Below, piece after piece: positions 38,574 to 46,819 of a stretch of 64,000 nucleotides of DNA. The notes under the pieces were generated by a model. It ran no database searches. It had not been told where the DNA came from and saw nothing but the letters and a program-made list of their open reading frames with translations. The position numbers were made by a program, and so were the translations under genes. The DNA is from Pseudomonadota bacterium (GTDB lineage Bacteria; Bdellovibrionota; Bdellovibrionia; Bdellovibrionales; SG-bin7). The stretch's first letter is position 1, and each line of letters begins with the position of its first letter. Location: positions 32,001 to 96,000 of the forward strand of contig JAWXAY010000033.1 of the NCBI GenBank assembly GCA_034439715.1, written 5' to 3'.

Positions 38574-39524
38574 ATGGCAAATAACAAAGATGAAACAGAA
38601 GAGCCAACCGCACCCGGTGAAAAGACGAGTGTTATATCTGGTGATACATTTAAAGGTCGCCTGGCTGAAGCGGTTAAGGAGCCGCCATGTTTGGTGTTGT
38701 TAGTTGGCCCTACTAGATACATTGGTAAGCAATGGCCCATTACCGGCACTGATTTAATTATCGGCCGTGCCTCTCAGTCACAAATTTATATAGATGATCG
38801 AAGTGTTAGTAAATCCCACGCTAAAATTATACTGTCAGAACTTAACGAAGTTTCAATTGTCGATTTAGAGTCCACAAATAAAACAGTTATCAATGGTCGG
38901 CCAGTGCCATCGCTAACACCTGTAAGACTACAAAACAATGACCAGCTCAAAACCGGAAATGTTATTTTTAAATTTCTGGAAAGAGGCAATATTGAAGCCA
39001 TGACTTCAAAGGACATTCATGATCGTACGCAGCTCGATGGTCTGACGAAAATTTTTAATAAGTCTTCATTGTTAGAGCATGGGATCGAGGCTTTTAAGAG
39101 GGCGCAGTTGATGCAGTTTCCGATAACAGTTATTAATTTTGACCTCGATCATTTTAAAAATGTAAACGATACTCACGGACACCTAGCTGGCGACTATGTT
39201 TTAAAAGAAATCGCTGAGCTGGTAAAAACAAAATTTATTCGTGGAGATGATTTCTTTGCGCGCTTTGGCGGTGAGGAGTTTGTCATTATTCTCCATGGAA
39301 GTACAGCGGCGCAAGGGTTAGAGATTGCGGAGCGTATCAGACTCAATATTCAAAAGCATCAATTTGTGTTTGAAGGAAATAAGTTACCCATTACTATTTC
39401 TGCGGGAGTGGCCGAGAAGAGTCCCTCGATGGCCGACTGGGATGATCTCTATAAAAAGTCAGATATGGCCCTTTATCAGTCTAAAAATAGTGGCCGTAAT
39501 AAGGTGACAAAAGGCACAACCTAA
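38574..39524 (+). CDS. dgcB: FHA-GGDEF diguanylate cyclase (DgcB-like)
   Basis: N-tail EKTS, FHA motifs (IIGR, SVSKSHA, DLESTNKT), RGDD I-site and RFGGEEF. Confidence 0.88.
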   Translation: MANNKDETEEPTAPGEKTSVISGDTFKGRLAEAVKEPPCLVLLVGPTRYIGKQWPITGTDLIIGRASQSQIYIDDRSVSKSHAKIILSELNEVSIVDLESTNKTVINGRPVPSLTPVRLQNNDQLKTGNVIFKFLERGNIEAMTSKDIHDRTQLDGLTKIFNKSSLLEHGIEAFKRAQLMQFPITVINFDLDHFKNVNDTHGHLAGDYVLKEIAELVKTKFIRGDDFFARFGGEEFVIILHGSTAAQGLEIAERIRLNIQKHQFVFEGNKLPITISAGVAEKSPSMADWDDLYKKSDMALYQSKNSGRNKVTKGTT

Positions 39525-39529
39525 GACTT

Positions 39530-40057
39530 TTATTTTTCTCCCTTTCGCGATTTTGTAGGGCGAGAAATATTATTTTGGTAGGCAAATCCAGCAAAATGTT
39601 TTTTTGCTGCTTTGTTGTATGCCAGCGCGGCTTCGTCCTCGGAATTAAAATCTCCAAGACTGATAGAAATACCTTCAACACTAATCCCCGCGCGCCAAGT
39701 ACCTTGTGCCTTGATATAAGAAACACCCTTAAAGCGTGATGAAGAGCCACTCCGTCGTTTAGGGAGGAGCTGTTGACGTTCTTGCAAAGTGCAAACAACC
39801 AGATTCTCTTTGCGATAATCTAAGCTATCGTTAAAGCGTCGGGGATAAACTTGTTTTTGATTTTTAGGTTTCATCAAAAAACGCCCCAGAGTCATGGTCA
39901 GTACTTTTTTACCTTCGCGATAAGAGGTGACGACTCTGTTTCGACCAGTTGTGCCTTGAGTGACACGCCAAGAATATTCGCTGACTCTGTCCAGATCCTC
40001 GCTATCAATCTTTACCTTGTAATTAGGATGAGCCTTTAAATAACACCATGCTTTCAT
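39530..40057 (-). CDS. HNH-like plus AP2 DNA-binding domain protein with a degenerate nuclease site
   Basis: ID.EDL.RVS.Y.W, DYRKENL, SSRFKGVS, WRAGI and LGDF.SE.EAALAYNKAA motifs. Confidence 0.8.
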   Translation of the reverse strand: MKAWCYLKAHPNYKVKIDSEDLDRVSEYSWRVTQGTTGRNRVVTSYREGKKVLTMTLGRFLMKPKNQKQVYPRRFNDSLDYRKENLVVCTLQERQQLLPKRRSGSSSRFKGVSYIKAQGTWRAGISVEGISISLGDFNSEDEAALAYNKAAKKHFAGFAYQNNISRPTKSRKGEK

Positions 40058-40259
40058 GAGTAAATTTTAGCATAAAAGGTGTGACCTAACATTTTGTAAC
40101 GCACGAAATTACGAAATCTTAGTTCATATTTTTGTGCCAATTTTGGTCCCTGGTGCACAATAACCAGGCATGGAGTTTGAAGTAATATCCAGCAAGGTGT
40201 TCGGGTGGGACCAAACGGCACCACCATTAATATCCTTTATCCCCAAGTTAAGGAGGCTC

Positions 40260-40940
40260 ATGAAAGCCAAAGAAAATAACGAAATTATTATTAACCAGAA
40301 GTCCAGCATCGGACGTCTATATATCGGTTCTGAGGAATCCGCTAAGGATGGCGTACTAATAGAACAGGTAAGAGGTGGCGACAAGCAGGCCTTCTCAGAA
40401 CTTGTAAAGAAGTACCAGAGACAGGTATTACGCCTGGCTTTACGGCTCGTAGGAGAGCTAGAAACGGCGGAGGATGTGGCACAAGAAAGTTTTTTTAAGG
40501 CCTATCAAAAGCTCAATTTTTTTGAAGGCCGATCGGCATTTAAAAGCTGGTTATTTCAAATTACGGTAAATACAGCAAAAAATAAACTCCGTGGTAAACG
40601 CCGTGATTTTATTTCACTCGATAAAATTAATCTTGCGGTGAGCGCTCAGGCCGAGCTTAAACTCGAGACCACGGCCTTGAGCCTTCTCATTCAAAAAGCG
40701 GTGAGCGAGTTGCCAGAACGTCAACGTTTGGCTTTAGTTTTAAGAGTGTTCGAAGATCTAAGTTTTAAAGAAGTCGCCGAAGTTATGGAGTGCCCTTATG
40801 ATACTGCGAAAGCCAACTATAGACATGCACTATTGAAATTAAAGACTCAAATCGCGGACGAAGATTTGCTCAATTGCTTTGGTGACAGCGATATATTTGT
40901 ATCAAATTCAACCGTACTATTAGAAGGAGTAGAAGCATGA
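40260..40940 (+). CDS. rpoE: ECF RNA polymerase sigma factor
   Basis: GDKQAFSELV, AEDVAQE.F.KAY, FKSWLFQI..N and LPERQR...L...EDLSFKEVAEVM motifs. AAGGAGG RBS before ATG 40260. Confidence 0.9.
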   Translation: MKAKENNEIIINQKSSIGRLYIGSEESAKDGVLIEQVRGGDKQAFSELVKKYQRQVLRLALRLVGELETAEDVAQESFFKAYQKLNFFEGRSAFKSWLFQITVNTAKNKLRGKRRDFISLDKINLAVSAQAELKLETTALSLLIQKAVSELPERQRLALVLRVFEDLSFKEVAEVMECPYDTAKANYRHALLKLKTQIADEDLLNCFGDSDIFVSNSTVLLEGVEA

Positions 40941-41185
40941 ATACAATAATCAAAAAAGCCCCGATAAATCCAAATTGGTGGCAAAAACTGGCGCTAACTT
41001 TGAAGTGGCATAAAAATTCGGGTGTCCCGCTTAGCGAAAAATATTGGCAAAATTTAAATGATAAGATCATGAGTCAAATTTATATTGATGACAAAAAGAT
41101 TTCGAGTAATTTTGTCGATAAGAATATCGACAAGAAAAATTTGCCTGACAAAACCTTACCAGGTCAACTCAGCGTTGAAATTTAA
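40937..41185 (+). CDS. Small protein coupled to the ECF sigma gene (possible anti-sigma fragment)
   Basis: ATGA overlap with the sigma gene; contains PLSEKYWQNLNDKIMSQI. Confidence 0.55.
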   Translation: MNTIIKKAPINPNWWQKLALTLKWHKNSGVPLSEKYWQNLNDKIMSQIYIDDKKISSNFVDKNIDKKNLPDKTLPGQLSVEI

Positions 41186-41918
41186 AAGTCGCGATGCAGG
41201 CCACTTCTTGAGGTGGCTCTTCGTGACCGGAGTGCACACTGTCAAAGTGTACAAGTTTTACTTGCGGCAACTCTCGTAAAACTTCGTTGAGATTGACGGG
41301 TTCGTTTTCAAAAAACCAAACTGAGCCATACTCTTTTAAATAATCTTCTAAGACCTCTCTTTTAAAAACAGCGTCAGGTCGGACCGTATTGGGCTTTAAG
41401 ATGAGATTGGCGTGTTTAGCATCAAGCGGAAAATCGAGGTTTTTGAGGCTTTCCACTGTGCCTTTCCACATACTTTTGGTTTCGCGTGCGGTTAAATAGG
41501 CCACATCAACACCACACTTTACTAATTCCTGAACGAACTCTACGGCGCCCTCGGAGGGAATATCAAAATGTAGGTAAGTGTTCGAAAAAAAGTGTTTATG
41601 CCAGAATTTTTTAAGTTCATGAAAAAACTCATAAGAGCTGTCCATAAGGCCAACCCGTTCGAGGGCGTGTTCGATGTCCCAGTCGTCAGGATGATGAACA
41701 TAGTTTTCAAGAATTTTTGATTCCTTGAAAAAGCGGCTCGCGATTTTGTCTGTAGCACCGAAATCTCTGAAAATTTGGGTCATACGTGGTGAGACTTCGA
41801 GAAGTGTGGAGTCTAAATCAAAAACAGCAGTTACTTTTTTAAGCCGCCCATTATACTGGCGGACTTCCTGTTTAATAGCGTCGAGGATTTGTTCTATTGT
41901 GCGTAAGTGTTGCGTCAT
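41169..41918 (-). CDS. HAD-superfamily hydrolase/phosphatase
   Basis: VFDLDSTL, YLTAR, LILKP, FK and FFENEP motifs. Confidence 0.85.
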   Translation of the reverse strand: MTQHLRTIEQILDAIKQEVRQYNGRLKKVTAVFDLDSTLLEVSPRMTQIFRDFGATDKIASRFFKESKILENYVHHPDDWDIEHALERVGLMDSSYEFFHELKKFWHKHFFSNTYLHFDIPSEGAVEFVQELVKCGVDVAYLTARETKSMWKGTVESLKNLDFPLDAKHANLILKPNTVRPDAVFKREVLEDYLKEYGSVWFFENEPVNLNEVLRELPQVKLVHFDSVHSGHEEPPQEVACIATFKFQR

Positions 41919-42050
41919 AAATTGCTTAAGGTGCCAAGCCGTAAAAGAGAATTTAACAGATATGTTTCAATCCTTACAAAATCTCATATCACGGGCCGGT
42001 TGGCCACTATTTATTGGCCATGGAATTCTTTTCTGGTTATAAGGCAAGGA

Positions 42051-42947
42051 ATGAAAATCTTGTTTGTATTGCCCCTTCTTTTTTTGGCCTGTACTCGCGA
42101 AGAACCACCGCTAGGTTCCGAAAAAAACCCCGTAAAGTTGTTTTTCGTTCCTTCTATTGACACTAATCTCATTACTGAGAAGGCTCAAGATGTTAAGCGG
42201 TATCTAGAACAAGAAACTCCCTATAAATACAAAGTGTCGGTCCCTAATAGCTACATTGCGGTCGTAGAGGCCTTTGGAACCAAACGCGCTGATGTTTCTA
42301 CCCTAAATACCTTTTCTTATATCTTGGCTTACGAAAAATATGGCACCCAGGCTCTTATTACCACTATTAGATTTGGTAAGCCCACTTATCAGGGACAAAT
42401 TATTGCTAGAGCTGACAGCAAAGTCAAAACTATCAAAGACATTGCGGGTAAGAGATTTGCCTTTGTTGATCCCGCGTCGACTTCGGGCTACCTCTTACCA
42501 AAAAAACTTTTTATTGATAACCACATCAAGCCATCAGAAACAGTCTTTGCACAAAAACACGATAATGTTGTGACCATGGTATATAACAAACAAGTCGACG
42601 CGGGCGCTACTTACCATACACCTAGCGAAAACGGTAAAATCAATGATGCGAGAAAGCTAGTAAAGACCCAGTTTCCCGATGTTGAAGAAAAAGTAAAAAT
42701 TATTTACCTCACAGAACCCATTCCTAACGACCCCATAGTTTTTAGAAAAGATCTGCCAGAAGAAATGAAAAACATTATTGCCGATGCCTTTATTAAGTAT
42801 GTGACTACGAGTTCTGGCAAAGACACCTTAAATGCCATTTTTAGTATAACCGCACTCAAGAGATCGACTGATAAAGATTATGATGAGGTTCGAATTATGT
42901 TAAAGAAACTAGGCGAAACCGCTGAAGGTATGATAAAAAAGCAGTGA
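42051..42947 (+). CDS. phnD: Phosphate/phosphite/phosphonate ABC transporter substrate-binding lipoprotein
   Basis: Lipobox LFLAC, SYIAVVEA, FAFVDPASTSGYL.P, HDNVV and IPND motifs. Confidence 0.88.
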   Translation: MKILFVLPLLFLACTREEPPLGSEKNPVKLFFVPSIDTNLITEKAQDVKRYLEQETPYKYKVSVPNSYIAVVEAFGTKRADVSTLNTFSYILAYEKYGTQALITTIRFGKPTYQGQIIARADSKVKTIKDIAGKRFAFVDPASTSGYLLPKKLFIDNHIKPSETVFAQKHDNVVTMVYNKQVDAGATYHTPSENGKINDARKLVKTQFPDVEEKVKIIYLTEPIPNDPIVFRKDLPEEMKNIIADAFIKYVTTSSGKDTLNAIFSITALKRSTDKDYDEVRIMLKKLGETAEGMIKKQ

Positions 42948-43714
42948 TGAATCCACTGTTATCAATCAAGAATCTTAAAAAGACTTATCCCAATGGAGTG
43001 GAGGCACTTAAAGGTGTGTCGCTCAGCGTGCAGCCTGGTGAGTTTTTAGTGGTTATTGGTTTAAGTGGTTCGGGTAAATCCACTTTATTAAAATGCGTCA
43101 ATCATCTCATTGACCCCAGCGCCGGTGAAATAATTTTTAATGGCAAAGACATCACTCATGCTAAAGGTGAAGAGGTTCAACAAATTCGTCAGCAAATGGC
43201 GATGATTTTTCAAAGTTTTAATTTGGTCGAGAGACATTCGGTAATTAGTAATGTGCTGATGGGCTCTCTTTCGCGTACTCCAATCTTAAAAAGTATTTTA
43301 GGTTTTTTTTCGACGGCAGAAAAAGCTAAAGCTATGGATTACCTAAAGTTAGTGGGAATTGACGATCAGGCCTATTATCGTGCCGGACAACTTTCTGGTG
43401 GTCAGAAGCAGCGGGTAGCGGTGGCGCGGGCACTTATGCAAAATCCGAAAATACTTTTGGCAGACGAACCGGTGGCAAGTCTCGACCCAGCTACCTGCCA
43501 TGTCGTGATGGACTATTTAAAAAAGATAAATAAGGAGTTGGGGTTGACGATTATTTGCAATCTACATTTTTTGAGCCTGGTCAGACAGTACGCTACTCGA
43601 GTAGTCGCTTTAAAAAATGGAAGTCTGGTTTATGAAGGGTCGCCGCAAGAAATAGACGAAAAATGGTTTGAAAAAATTTACGGCGAAGGGGCAAAGCAAG
43701 TTCATGTTCGGTAA
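42944..43714 (+). CDS. phnC: Phosphonate-type ABC transporter ATP-binding protein
   Basis: GLSGSGKSTL, LSGGQKQRV, LADEPVASLDP and CNLH motifs. Confidence 0.92.
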   Translation: MMNPLLSIKNLKKTYPNGVEALKGVSLSVQPGEFLVVIGLSGSGKSTLLKCVNHLIDPSAGEIIFNGKDITHAKGEEVQQIRQQMAMIFQSFNLVERHSVISNVLMGSLSRTPILKSILGFFSTAEKAKAMDYLKLVGIDDQAYYRAGQLSGGQKQRVAVARALMQNPKILLADEPVASLDPATCHVVMDYLKKINKELGLTIICNLHFLSLVRQYATRVVALKNGSLVYEGSPQEIDEKWFEKIYGEGAKQVHVR

Positions 43715-44744
43715 AAATAGCTATCTTTACAAAGCCACTCTATTTGATGCCATTGTCTTTGCCTATCTGAGTACGTTGCTTTTATTTGGGATTTTTTCTC
43801 CCTCAGAAGAAAACCTTCTGGATCTGAAAACAAACTTTCAAATAGAGTTCGCTCTTTTACTTCTCGGCCTTTTTACAAGTCTTACGCTCGCAAAGTTTAA
43901 AATTAAAACTTTGGGTATCGCTATTTTTGAGCCTCCTCATAAAAAAACGCAAGGTTTGGCTGTCCCATTTTACAAAACGTTTTGGGGTGTTGTATTGCTC
44001 ACTGCCTTTTCGGTGACTTGTTACGTGGGTATTAGAGTCACTGAATTTAGTTTCTATGAGTTAACTAACCGCGAAGGTTTTGGAGGAGCCGTCAGGCTGA
44101 TTAAAGGGATTTTTAGTCCAAATTTTAAAGTTTTGCCTCGCGCTATTTTAGAAATTATTGAGACTGTTTACATCGCGTTTGTGGCGACCGTCTTGGCTGT
44201 GCCGCTGGCGTTTATACTTAGTTTTTTCTGCGCCAAGAATATGATGAGTGGCTCTGTGGGCACAAAATTCGTTTATACGCTCTTGCGTGGATTTTTTAAT
44301 ATTCTGCGTTCGGTAGAACCCATCATTTGGGCAATAATTTTTTCCGTTTGGGTGGGAATTGGGCCTTTTGCCGGGATGTTGGCTCTGATGCTTCACACGG
44401 TGGCGAGTTTGGCCAAACAATACTCAGAACAAATTGAGTGTATTGACGACGGCCCGGTCGAGGGAATTCAAGCCACAGGGGCATCGTTTATTCAAGTGCT
44501 GTGGTTTGCGGTGGTACCACAGATCACGCTTCCCTATGTTGCCTTTACGATTTTTCGCTGGGACATTAATGTGCGAATGGCTACGATTATTGGCCTCGTC
44601 GGCGGAGGCGGCATCGGTGACATGCTCATTCAATATCAAGGACAAGCGATGTGGGAAGAGGTGGGGTGTATTGCACTAGTTATAGTTTCAGTCGTTTGGA
44701 TCATGGATACCGCATCCGCTTATATTCGCGACGCAATTAAGTAA
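43704..44744 (+). CDS. phnE: Phosphonate-type ABC transporter permease with an N-terminal extension
   Basis: RSVEP..WA, G.GPFAG.LAL, E.IE..D.GP.EG..ATGA and RWDINVR.ATIIG.VG.GGIG motifs. Confidence 0.9.
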   Translation: MFGKNSYLYKATLFDAIVFAYLSTLLLFGIFSPSEENLLDLKTNFQIEFALLLLGLFTSLTLAKFKIKTLGIAIFEPPHKKTQGLAVPFYKTFWGVVLLTAFSVTCYVGIRVTEFSFYELTNREGFGGAVRLIKGIFSPNFKVLPRAILEIIETVYIAFVATVLAVPLAFILSFFCAKNMMSGSVGTKFVYTLLRGFFNILRSVEPIIWAIIFSVWVGIGPFAGMLALMLHTVASLAKQYSEQIECIDDGPVEGIQATGASFIQVLWFAVVPQITLPYVAFTIFRWDINVRMATIIGLVGGGGIGDMLIQYQGQAMWEEVGCIALVIVSVVWIMDTASAYIRDAIK

Positions 44745-44764
44745 TTCACGTAGGCGCCATGCCG

Positions 44765-44786
44765 CAAAATGAGATTTCTCATTTTG
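44765..44786. promoter_or_regulatory. Perfect 10-bp inverted repeat (operator-like)
   Basis: CAAAATGAGA-TT-TCTCATTTTG. Confidence 0.6.
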
Positions 44787-44869
44787 GATCTGGCACCCTT
44801 AGCTCTTGTAAAAAACTTCGACAAAATTCATTAACTAATTATCATTTACCAAGAATGCGCCATGTCTAC

Positions 44870-44896
44870 TAAAGTCCAGCATTGAACTACCGATAG
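44870..44896 (+). promoter_or_regulatory. Putative sigma28 (FliA) promoter
   Basis: TAAA-N15-ACCGATAG, ~30 nt upstream of 44928. Confidence 0.7.
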
Positions 44897-44927
44897 GTCT
44901 AGAGACGAGGAATAAAGGGGAATTTCT

Positions 44928-45734
44928 ATGCAGACTGAGTTCTACATCTTTGTAAATGGTAAACAGATGGGTCCCTACCCGATGGGCGATGTCGTGAAAA
45001 TGATTGAGTCCCGACAAGTGGATCCCAGCGACTATATTTATGTGGAAGAAAAATCCGACTGGGTTTTTCTGATGGACTTTGAACCTTTAAAAAATAAAGG
45101 GACCGGCTTAGGTAGCAAAAAACCCAACACCAAACCAAAATCTGAGACACTCATACAGAGCGAAGCGACGGACCCACACGAATGGTATATTCTAAAAGGG
45201 GAAAACCGCACAGGTCCCTTTGCATTAATTGATTTGGTAAAAATGTTGCAAGAGAAAAGTCTGTACGAATACGAATATATTTGGCAACCAGGAATGGAAA
45301 GCTGGCAAAGAGTAGCCGAGGTCAGTGATTTTAAACCAGACAAAATTCGCGATTTAAAACGTTCCAAAGATTCTTCACTAACAGAAGTGTTCTTTAGACG
45401 TAGACATGCCCGAGCCCCGTTTGGAGGCTCTATTGTTGTCCATGACAATCAAAAAGTCTGGAAAGGGCAGGGATTTGAAATCAGTTCGGGCGGTGCCGGA
45501 ATCATTATGGAGCATTCGATGATTGTTCCAAGTCAAGTTCTCTATCTTCATTTCAAGCCAGAGGATGCCGTGCCACCGTTCAACGCCGTAGTCGAAGTTG
45601 TCAGCAAAAGATTTTTAAAGAGCGTAAAACACAAAGATCAAACCATTCATTACGGAGTTAAGTTTACAAGTATTGGAGAAAAAGCCTTAGGTCATTTAAA
45701 CGACTTTACGCAAAAAGGAAGAAGGGCTTCTTAG
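44928..45734 (+). CDS. Tandem GYF_2 (DUF4339) domains plus PilZ domain protein
   Basis: FYIFVNGKQMGPY..W and WYILKGENRTGPF...YIWQPGMESWQ, followed by PilZ motifs RRHAR and EISSGG. Confidence 0.85.
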   Translation: MQTEFYIFVNGKQMGPYPMGDVVKMIESRQVDPSDYIYVEEKSDWVFLMDFEPLKNKGTGLGSKKPNTKPKSETLIQSEATDPHEWYILKGENRTGPFALIDLVKMLQEKSLYEYEYIWQPGMESWQRVAEVSDFKPDKIRDLKRSKDSSLTEVFFRRRHARAPFGGSIVVHDNQKVWKGQGFEISSGGAGIIMEHSMIVPSQVLYLHFKPEDAVPPFNAVVEVVSKRFLKSVKHKDQTIHYGVKFTSIGEKALGHLNDFTQKGRRAS

Positions 45735-45847
45735 TTTTTAAAATTTAAGTCTGTAGCGAGAATTGCTCACGTCTGTTGGATGTACTCTCCGAGCCTAAAA
45801 TAATATTTTTTAGCAACCTGCGATATATGGGTTGGGAGTGTACACAA

Positions 45848-46810
45848 GTGAAACGATTATTAATTAGTGCAACTATTCTAGCTTTTTTAGCACTGCAGAT
45901 GTCCTGCGCTGCTCAAAAATTTGGTTTAGCGCCTGAAGCTGACAAGTATAATGCGACAGTCACTTGGAACAACAAAATCGATATTCTTTGGATCATCGAT
46001 AACACACCTTCAATGCAACAACATCAAACAATTTTAGCCAACCAGATCGGCGCTTTTGCTGACGGTCTTAGCACGCGCAATTTAGATTTTCATTTAGGGG
46101 TTACAACTTCTAATATCTCTACTGACGGTGAGCGCGGTAAGCTCATCGGCAACCCCAAAGTATTGACTGGCTCAACTCCCAATTTTCGCAATCAGTTTGT
46201 AAGCCGGGTAGTGCTACCTGAGGTCGATCATTATGAACAAGGTTTGGGCGCCATGAAAAAGGCCATAGAGATTGGTTCCAACGACAATGCTGGATTTTTT
46301 AGAGCTGACGCATTTTTAGTGGTGGTGGTGTTTTCGAATGAGGATGACCACAGTGAGGGAAATGCTCAAGACTATATTAATTTTTTAGAAAGCTACAAAA
46401 AACCCACCCAGTTTGGTGAGAGAATGTGGACCTTTCACACCTTAGCGGTTATGGGAACTGCGGGCGAAGGCTGTTCTACCAACGGTCAATTTACAGAGCC
46501 TGGCTACGAATACATGGGCATGACCAACTTTTCGGGTGGCATTAAAACTAGCATTTGTGTATCCGACTTCAAACAAGCACTTTCAGGAATCGAAAAGAAA
46601 TTATGGGATTCAACCGCCAAGTTTATTTTGGATCGAATTCCAGTGGTAGAATCAATCGAAGTTCGAATTAATGGGGAATTAGTTCCTAATGACGCTGTCA
46701 ACGGTTGGACTTATCACGAAGAAGATAACTCAATTCGGCTTCATGGCACAAGTGTGGCCCGAATCGATTCTAGTTTAACAATTAATTATAATCCGACTAC
46801 GGCCAAATAA
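45848..46810 (+). CDS. vWA-domain lipoprotein (CglB-like adhesin candidate)
   Basis: Lipobox-like LQMSC, IDILWIIDNTPSM (MIDAS-like), FHLGVTT, EQGL and FFRADA.LVVV.FSNEDD motifs. Confidence 0.8.
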   Translation: MKRLLISATILAFLALQMSCAAQKFGLAPEADKYNATVTWNNKIDILWIIDNTPSMQQHQTILANQIGAFADGLSTRNLDFHLGVTTSNISTDGERGKLIGNPKVLTGSTPNFRNQFVSRVVLPEVDHYEQGLGAMKKAIEIGSNDNAGFFRADAFLVVVVFSNEDDHSEGNAQDYINFLESYKKPTQFGERMWTFHTLAVMGTAGEGCSTNGQFTEPGYEYMGMTNFSGGIKTSICVSDFKQALSGIEKKLWDSTAKFILDRIPVVESIEVRINGELVPNDAVNGWTYHEEDNSIRLHGTSVARIDSSLTINYNPTTAK

Positions 46811-46819
46811 GGGGGACCC

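Noticed and set aside
39530..40057. Prophage remnant or active homing endonuclease
   Set aside because: No other phage genes, integrase or intron context, and the catalytic residues appear lost.
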